Below, piece after piece: positions 33,596-39,616 of a stretch of DNA of 39,616 nt; within the stretch, counting starts at the first letter, position 1; every line of letters begins with the position of its first letter. The stretch is from Pseudomonadota bacterium. Lineage in GTDB: Bacteria; Bdellovibrionota_B; Oligoflexia; Oligoflexales; CAIYRB01. Location of the stretch: NCBI GenBank assembly GCA_031416315.1, contig JANOTL010000026.1, forward strand, positions 1-39,616, in the 5' to 3' direction. Under the pieces are notes generated by a model. The model saw only the letters and a program-made list of their open reading frames with translations. It was not told the origin of the DNA and ran no database searches. The position numbers were made by a program, and so were the translations under genes.

Positions 33596-34882
33596 ATGAA
33601 ACTCTTCCCCTCCGCGTTGTTCTCGGTCGCGATCCTTGGTCTGCTCGCGGCGCGCAACATGCCGCTGGCGCTAGCGCAAGACGAGGCGCCGGCCGAAGAG
33701 GCCGCGCCTGCAGAAGACGACACCGTGCTCGACGGCGCCACCGAGGCGCCGGCCGGGGATCCCGGGGAAGCGGCGAGCGAGCCCGCGGAGGCCGTGGAGG
33801 CTGCTCCCGTCGGGGGGGCGCAGCCTGCCGAGAAGGCGCCTCAGGCGCCCGCGCCTGGGACGCCAAAGTCTCCGGCCCAAGCACCGGCTCCGGCGAAGGC
33901 CGTGGCGAAACCGGCCGGCAAGGCCGTGCCTGCGGCTCCGGAAGCTGCGGAAGCTGCGGAAGCTGCGGAAGCCGAGGAAGAGGCAGAAGAGGAAGCTGCT
34001 CCGAGCGCCGCGGCTCCCGCCGGCGCAGCGCCGGCCGCGGCAGGGGGCGCGGAGTCCGCGTCCGAGCCGGCTCCTGCCGGCGAGACGACCAACGCCGACG
34101 CGCCGCCGCAATTCACCGCCGACGGCGAGAAGCGCTACGACCTTCTCTCCGACGGGCAGCGCTTGAAGCTGAAAGAGGGCGAGCTAAGCATTATCCCGCC
34201 TTTGGGCTGGGAGCTGCTCACGACGCTGCCGACGACGACCCTGCAAGCGACGGTTCCGAGCAACACCACAAACTTGAAGTACCCGCGCACGATCCAGGTC
34301 CTCCGCTTCGACGGCCCGAAGTTCATGGACGACACGACGGCCACGGCCTTCGAGGACTTCATCACCAAGAAGTATGCGGCCGCGGCGCCGGGCATCGACG
34401 CTTTCAAGGTGAAGAACCACCTGCCGATCGACATGACCGACGGGCGCAAAGGACTGCTCTTCTACACCGAGTTCGTGCTCGGCGGCATGCCGCTCATGCA
34501 GGCGCACATTCTGATCTCTTCGCAGAAGGCGCACTACCTTCTGAGCTACACCGACATCGCCGAGAACTTCGAGAACGACGACCAGAGCAGCCGCTTCCTG
34601 ACCGAGGCCTGGCAGTCGATGACCTCAGTGGAGCTCGACACGCCGTCGCCGGTACAGTTCGAGGCGATCGCGCGCATCGGCGTCGGCTTCGCCGCCTTCG
34701 TGCTGCTCGCCTTCGCCATCTGGGCATTCCGCAACGCGCGCGCCAAGAAAGCCTACGCCTACTACGGCAGCGGCAAAGGCTTGGACGACGTCGAAGTGAC
34801 GCAAGAGCCGCAGATGGTCGCAGGGAAGCCCGGCGCGGCGCCGGTGAGCGGGCTGAGCTTCCACGGCGACGACGAGAAGTGA
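33596..34882 (+). CDS. Exported, C-terminally anchored protein with Ala/Glu/Pro low-complexity stalk and a PsbP/DcrB-like domain
   Basis: Signal peptide, about 150 aa A/E/P-rich region including (GAAGCTGCG)3, SIIPPLGWE..., YLLSYT, then TM helix IGVGFAAFVLLAFAIWAF. Confidence 0.75.
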   Translation: MKLFPSALFSVAILGLLAARNMPLALAQDEAPAEEAAPAEDDTVLDGATEAPAGDPGEAASEPAEAVEAAPVGGAQPAEKAPQAPAPGTPKSPAQAPAPAKAVAKPAGKAVPAAPEAAEAAEAAEAEEEAEEEAAPSAAAPAGAAPAAAGGAESASEPAPAGETTNADAPPQFTADGEKRYDLLSDGQRLKLKEGELSIIPPLGWELLTTLPTTTLQATVPSNTTNLKYPRTIQVLRFDGPKFMDDTTATAFEDFITKKYAAAAPGIDAFKVKNHLPIDMTDGRKGLLFYTEFVLGGMPLMQAHILISSQKAHYLLSYTDIAENFENDDQSSRFLTEAWQSMTSVELDTPSPVQFEAIARIGVGFAAFVLLAFAIWAFRNARAKKAYAYYGSGKGLDDVEVTQEPQMVAGKPGAAPVSGLSFHGDDEK

Positions 34883-34930
34883 TCCGTCGAGGCTTGTCGC
34901 GCCGGGCCATTCGGCGTATCCTCCGCCCTG

Positions 34931-35977
34931 ATGTTTTCCGCCATGCGCTACACGAGCCAAGTGCTCGAATTAATTGACCAAAGGCTGCTTCCCAACCAGG
35001 AAGTCTGGATCCAATGCCGGGACCTCGAGACGGTCGCGGTCGCGATCGAGACGATGGCCGTGCGCGGCGCGCCCGCGATCGGCTGCGCCGCGGCTTTCGG
35101 TATCGCAATCGACGTCGCCTCTTTGCCCGATGGCAAGTGGTCCGACCATCGTGCGCGCTTCGACGCCTCCGTCGCTCGCCTCGCGCGGACGCGTCCAACT
35201 GCGGTCAATCTCTTCTATGCGCTCGACCGCATGCGCGCGCTTGCCGCCGAGTTCTCTCCGGGCGAAAGCATGGCGACGGTGAAGGCGCAGGTCGATCGCC
35301 TCGCCCGCACGCTGCACGACGAGGACCTCGCTACGTGCAAGGCGATCGGCAAGCATGGCGCCGACGCCTTTCCGCAGGGTAAAAAAGCGCGGATCTTGAC
35401 CCACTGCAACACCGGCAGCCTCGCCACCGCGGGCTACGGCACCGCGCTCGGCGTCGTGCGCGCGCTTTTCGAGCGGCAGCTCGTCGAGGTGGTCTACGCC
35501 GACGAAACCCGTCCCTGGCTTCAAGGCGCGCGCCTCACCGCGTATGAGCTGAAGCAGGAGCAAATCCCGTACAAATTGATCGCCGACTCCGTCGCTGCCT
35601 ACTTGATGCAGCAAGGTAAAGTGGACGCCGTCATCGTCGGCGCCGATCGCATCGCGGCGAACGGCGACACGGCGAACAAGATCGGCACGTACGGCCTCGC
35701 GGTGCAAGCGAAGCATCACGGAGTCGCGTTCTACGTTGCCGCGCCGCGCACCACCTTCGACCCGAAAATCGCCACAGGCGCGCAGATCCCGGTGGAGGAG
35801 CGCGATCCCGACGAGCTGCGCAAGACCGGTGGCACCGTCTTGAGTCCGGCCGACGCGCCCGTCTACAATCCCTCCTTCGACGTCACGCCGGCGGAGCTGA
35901 TCACCGGCATCGTCACGGAGAGCGGCGTTTTGCGCGCGCCTTACGGGCCGGCGATCGCGAAGCTTTTCGGGCGCTGA
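34931..35977 (+). CDS. mtnA: S-methyl-5-thioribose-1-phosphate isomerase
   Basis: DQRLLP, MAVRGAPAIG, RPTAVNL, LTHCNTGSLAT, DETRPWLQGARLT, GADRIAANGDTANKIGTY, NPSFDVTP. Confidence 0.96.
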   Translation: MFSAMRYTSQVLELIDQRLLPNQEVWIQCRDLETVAVAIETMAVRGAPAIGCAAAFGIAIDVASLPDGKWSDHRARFDASVARLARTRPTAVNLFYALDRMRALAAEFSPGESMATVKAQVDRLARTLHDEDLATCKAIGKHGADAFPQGKKARILTHCNTGSLATAGYGTALGVVRALFERQLVEVVYADETRPWLQGARLTAYELKQEQIPYKLIADSVAAYLMQQGKVDAVIVGADRIAANGDTANKIGTYGLAVQAKHHGVAFYVAAPRTTFDPKIATGAQIPVEERDPDELRKTGGTVLSPADAPVYNPSFDVTPAELITGIVTESGVLRAPYGPAIAKLFGR

Positions 35978-36004
35978 GGCGTTCACGGCCTCGGCTCGGG
36001 AGCC

Positions 36005-36547
36005 CTAGTCGCCGAGCGCGAGCTCCAGCTTCTCGAGCAAGCCGTCCACTTCGCGGCACCGGTTGACCTCCGCGAGGGCGAGGAGCTTGGCGGCAATCTC
36101 CCCGCGCGCGTTCCGCACCGTTCGCGTCGTCGCCTCGGAGACGCATTCGCTGGCGATCGTCTTGCGCGCGCGCAGCATCAGCGCCTCAACCTTCTTCGCC
36201 TTGCTCCCCGACTTGAGGCCCGTACGGGGCGCGAGCTTTGCGCCTCTGCACGCGAAGAGTTGCGCTTTCTTGCCCTCGTTCCAGATGACGAGAACGGAGG
36301 TTTTGAAGGGCGGCGGATCCTCCGGCTGCCACTGCGTCAAGAGCACGATGAGGGACGGCGTATCCCGCCGCTTCGCGACGACCGCGTCGGCCGCCTCGGC
36401 GCAGCGCTCTTCGAGCTCGCGCACCGCCATGGGGCGCGTCGCCGCGCTGTCCTCCGGCGTGACGCAGGCCGTCGTCGCCAGGATCAGTCCAAGAAGATAG
36501 GTCGATCGCCAGCTGATACGCTTGCTCCTTCGTTTCTCGGCACGCAC
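36005..36547 (-). CDS. Hypothetical lipoprotein (start uncertain)
   Basis: Hydrophobic stretch YLLGLILATTAC followed by a high-GC3 ORF with four more Cys. Nearest canonical start is GTG 36547; an AAGGAG-N7-ATC site is at 36517. Confidence 0.6.
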   Translation of the reverse strand: MRAEKRRSKRISWRSTYLLGLILATTACVTPEDSAATRPMAVRELEERCAEAADAVVAKRRDTPSLIVLLTQWQPEDPPPFKTSVLVIWNEGKKAQLFACRGAKLAPRTGLKSGSKAKKVEALMLRARKTIASECVSEATTRTVRNARGEIAAKLLALAEVNRCREVDGLLEKLELALGD

Positions 36548-36718
36548 GATCGGTGCGTTGGTTTCGCGCGAAACCAAACTTGATCCAGAGACACTTACCA
36601 TAACCATTGCGATCATTCGGAGGTTCCGGGAGGCACGGCGCTCGGCGAGCAGCGCCACGACGGACGCGTTTCCGATTGCATGCGATCGATGCAAATGCGA
36701 AGAAGATGAAAGTGAAAA

Positions 36719-36795
36719 GGGCGTTTAGCTCAGTTGGTTAGAGCATCTCGTTTACACCGAGAGGGTCTGCGGTTCAAATCCGTAAACGCCCACCA
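36719..36795 (+). tRNA. tRNA-Val (anticodon TAC)
   Basis: Acceptor GGGCGTT/AACGCCC-A-CCA, D-arm GCTC-AGTTGGTTA-GAGC, anticodon stem TCTCG-TTTACAC-CGAGA, T-arm GGTTCAAATCC. Confidence 0.98.
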
Positions 36796-37009
36796 TTCCG
36801 AACACGGACGAACCCCGGACCTCAAGAGTGCAACTTGGGGGCGGGTTCTTACCCGATAGCCTGATCATCTGCGAACGCACAGTACTCCGCTTCGTGCGGC
36901 TGGTTACCCGAATCGTGTGGGCAGCGCGGCCGGCAAGAGCGTACTCGTGCGTCCGCTGTCTGCCCGTTTTTCGACCAAAAGGGGTCCAAGTCGGCAGATA
37001 GCGCTTTCC

Positions 37010-37036
37010 TCAAGGTGCCTAAGATACTGCCTATTA
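37010..37036 (+). promoter_or_regulatory. Weak sigma-28-like promoter upstream of the 37160 gene
   Basis: TCAAG-N14-GCCTATTA. Confidence 0.35.
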
Positions 37037-37069
37037 GACGTAAAGGTGGCAAATCGATGCTTGATTAGT

Positions 37070-37096
37070 TTGTCGGCCTCGTCGTCGCGCTCTTGA
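37070..37096 (-). promoter_or_regulatory. Sigma-28-like promoter pointing back toward the tRNA
   Basis: Minus strand TCAAG-N14-GCCGACAA. Confidence 0.45.
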
Positions 37097-37159
37097 GCGT
37101 CTCGCGTACGTGCAGCTCGCATCCGATACAGTTTTCGAGCTCAGATGCGAGGTCAGTCC

Positions 37160-39376
37160 ATGCCTTCAAAATTCCCCGTCGGCCAATCGCTACTGATCGT
37201 CGCCCTCCTGGCTTCAATCTGTTGCGGAAAGGAAGCCGGTAGAGACCCATCCGCCGCCAACGGTCCGAAGAAGAAGCAAAGTGTTGCTGACGAGGCCGGT
37301 ACCGTCTCAGAAGGAAGCGATCGCGTCGGGTCGAAGACGGAAGGCGGCTCATCGTCGGCATCAGGCGGCGGCGAGGCTTCAGCGTCGGGCGGCACGGCAG
37401 CCGAGGCGACGGCATCGGGCTCGAAGCTTGCAAGCGTCGTCGACCTAGTTCTAACTGCGTCCGATCCGCGGATGAAAGGCAAGACCGGCTGCCACTCCAA
37501 GCGCTTCGCAATGACGTTCGTCGCTGGCTCGCTAGCCGCAAAGCGACAAGGCGCGTCCGGCCCGGAATGCGCCGCATCCCAAAGCGATGCTCTGGTCTAC
37601 GGCCCAAGCACGGACCAGGTTCCGAAAGGCGTAAGCTCAGCCGCGTTTCTCCTGCTCACCAGCAAAGACGTTCCCGGTCCCGTCGCGAAGATTGACGTTT
37701 TCTGCCCGCAATCAGGCAAGTCCCTTGCCAGCCGCGAGGTGCGTGGCGATCAGTTCGTCGAGTCCTACGGGCCACAAGTCTTTACGCTGACATTCGATAC
37801 GACGAGCGAGACGACCTGCGACCTTCTGGAGTTTCGCGTTTTCTGGATCGACGGCCTAGTCCACTGGTTTCGTACCACCGTGAGCGGAAGCGACACCGCG
37901 GTCTTCAAGCCAGGCGACGCACCTGCAATATCCTACCCCGGTGTCACAGACGGCGGACAGCCGGCGCTCCCCACCGTGAAGTGGCACGCCGTCGGCTGCT
38001 TGGTGGGCAATCTTGGGTGGACTACCGCCGACACCCTTCGCTTCGGGACGGCGTGCGGCAACCTGCAGCCCGCGAGCGGAAACGCTACGCCTCGCGATGT
38101 CCACATGACCTACGGACCCATGACCACCGCAATAGGCGACGGCGTTCGACACGCGGTTTTCCGGGTAGTCGATTTCGGCGGCGCGCAAGCTCGACTGGAG
38201 GTTGCAAGCGCCAACGGTCAGGCGGTCCTCGCGTCTCGTGACATCGGACCCGCGGATTTTCCGGAGCAAAAGGCCGCGGTCGATATTGATGTGCCTTTTT
38301 TCCAAGATTCTTCGCGGTTCCCGCAGGTCGAATTCCGCATCCTGTGGAAGGGGGGCACGCTCGAGCATCAGCAGACGACCATTTCCGCGCGCGATCCGGC
38401 CGACCGATCCTGCACCGGCGACCGCGACTGCCGCGCCGCGCCCAAAGGCTGCGTGTTTAATTACGCCGCGACGACGGCCGGCTACGCCGTGATGCCCTAC
38501 ATTTGTCGTCGGGATCACAACATCGCCGCCGCGGAATACGAGCCGTTTGGCGGCGAGGGCACGCCCGCGCCCGGTACCTGCGTCGAGCCGGCGCCGTTTT
38601 GCGTCCAGAACAAGTGCCAGGCGGATCCCGAGGCGGGTGTGGCTGGAGTGCTGATGGATGAGCGCATGCTCCTCCACCGGGGGAACAACGACCCACGCAG
38701 CATCAAGGTGGAGTTCCGTGACAACGCGACCTCATCGCGGCCAGAAGTAGTCCTTCACGCACGTTGCTCGGATCCGGGACTCAACATGCCTTGCCCGTCG
38801 GCAGCTGCCGAGCACCAACTTGCGAGCTTGCGGCACACGCCTTACGGGAACTGGTGCGGCAGCTACGAGTTGCCGCAGCCGCTCCATCTCAAGGTCCAGT
38901 TTGCGCCGGAAACGAAATGGATCCCGAAGACTCAGCCTCCGGGATCGGGCGAGGTGCCTTTCGCCCTGATCGTGTTGCAGCCGCTCTTCGAGGACGGCAA
39001 GTACGTCAACGTTTGGGCGTACAAGGAAACCGCCACGCAGAAATTCTATACCGTGACGATGGATCTTTGCCGATTCCCCGGCGACGCCTGCGAGCACAAG
39101 TCGCCGGATGCGCACCACTGGACGGTCGAGGCGTCCGACATGCCGACGACGGTTTATATGCGATTCATCAATGGAGCGGTTGCGATGCTCGATTCGAACG
39201 GGGATCCGATCCTCGGGCGGCGCAAGGACCAAGCGTCCGGCGCGGCGCCGGTGCCGGTGGAATCGGCTGAATTCTCCAGCGTTGGGACGCTCTATTCCGA
39301 AACCGACATCTCGGTCATGAACGAGGAGAACGTCGTACTGGAAGGCGTCGTGCTGTCACGGAAATTCGTTCCCTGA
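37160..39376 (+). CDS. Large exported/lipoprotein with two YGP-type beta-sandwich repeats and Cys-rich segments
   Basis: GAGGT RBS, signal ...LLIVALLASICC, Ser/Gly/Ala linker, repeats LVYGP...LASR....F...LEFRVFW and MTYGP...LASR....F...VEFRILW. Confidence 0.75.
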   Translation: MPSKFPVGQSLLIVALLASICCGKEAGRDPSAANGPKKKQSVADEAGTVSEGSDRVGSKTEGGSSSASGGGEASASGGTAAEATASGSKLASVVDLVLTASDPRMKGKTGCHSKRFAMTFVAGSLAAKRQGASGPECAASQSDALVYGPSTDQVPKGVSSAAFLLLTSKDVPGPVAKIDVFCPQSGKSLASREVRGDQFVESYGPQVFTLTFDTTSETTCDLLEFRVFWIDGLVHWFRTTVSGSDTAVFKPGDAPAISYPGVTDGGQPALPTVKWHAVGCLVGNLGWTTADTLRFGTACGNLQPASGNATPRDVHMTYGPMTTAIGDGVRHAVFRVVDFGGAQARLEVASANGQAVLASRDIGPADFPEQKAAVDIDVPFFQDSSRFPQVEFRILWKGGTLEHQQTTISARDPADRSCTGDRDCRAAPKGCVFNYAATTAGYAVMPYICRRDHNIAAAEYEPFGGEGTPAPGTCVEPAPFCVQNKCQADPEAGVAGVLMDERMLLHRGNNDPRSIKVEFRDNATSSRPEVVLHARCSDPGLNMPCPSAAAEHQLASLRHTPYGNWCGSYELPQPLHLKVQFAPETKWIPKTQPPGSGEVPFALIVLQPLFEDGKYVNVWAYKETATQKFYTVTMDLCRFPGDACEHKSPDAHHWTVEASDMPTTVYMRFINGAVAMLDSNGDPILGRRKDQASGAAPVPVESAEFSSVGTLYSETDISVMNEENVVLEGVVLSRKFVP

Positions 39377-39616
39377 CGCCGGCCGCCAAGGGAACTTTCC
39401 CGCTGGACACCGATGCCATACAAAAGTATGGTATCAACAGGACCAGCTCGGAGGCGAAGCCATGACCCAATTGCAGCTCTTTTCTCCACCCCTCCCTTCT
39501 CCCAACACCCCCCGCGGTCGACCGACCGACGACCGTCGCACCCAGGTCATCGCCGCGCTGCGGGCGATTCGTCGGAACCTGGCGCGCGAGGGCCGTAACG
39601 GGAACTAGGAGGGGAG

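Noticed and set aside
34931..35977. Functional link between mtnA (polyamine by-product salvage) and the TGase amine donor
   Set aside because: 20 kb apart, on opposite strands, and mtnA is a common housekeeping gene; no supporting evidence.
36849..37122. Short minus-strand ORFs after the tRNA
   Set aside because: No RBS, atypical codon usage and no recognisable motifs.
39600..39616. AGGAGG at the window end
   Set aside because: Probably the RBS of a gene beyond the window; nothing can be called here.

Overview
High-GC bacterial chromosomal window. The gene content (many lipoproteins, TPR proteins, a Cys-rich myxobacterial-type repeat, TCAAG-N14-GCCGAT sigma-28-like promoters) suggests Bdellovibrionota/Oligoflexia or a Myxococcota relative; this is inference only. 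Housekeeping or recognisable genes: a PAS sensor kinase, lipA, an LpxL-family acyltransferase, an amidase, an ICMT/PEMT-like methyltransferase, a glutaryl-CoA-dehydrogenase-like ACAD, a compact RNB nuclease, an SLC13/TrkA-C permease, BON-MscS, two thioredoxin-fold proteins, mtnA and tRNA-Val(TAC). The standout is a minus-strand three-gene unit at 10306-14323: a divergent subtilisin (S8), translationally coupled to a Phytophthora GP42-type transglutaminase-elicitor homologue, followed by a tiny secreted protein that is essentially a signal peptide plus (Asp-Pro-Gly-Gln)17. It reads as a candidate extracellular protein-crosslinking system (enzyme, activator, Gln-donor substrate). Upstream on the same strand are a Lys-rich lipoprotein and a thioester (CAEQ) alpha-2-macroglobulin. 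Also notable: a 28-Cys lipoprotein flanked by two CxxC oxidoreductases, a sigma-28-like promoter cluster over a TPR / Zn-ribbon / TPR-EVE-like locus, a ~140 bp palindromic element with a second partial copy, and two gene remnants. All family calls are from visual motif recognition; no searches were run.
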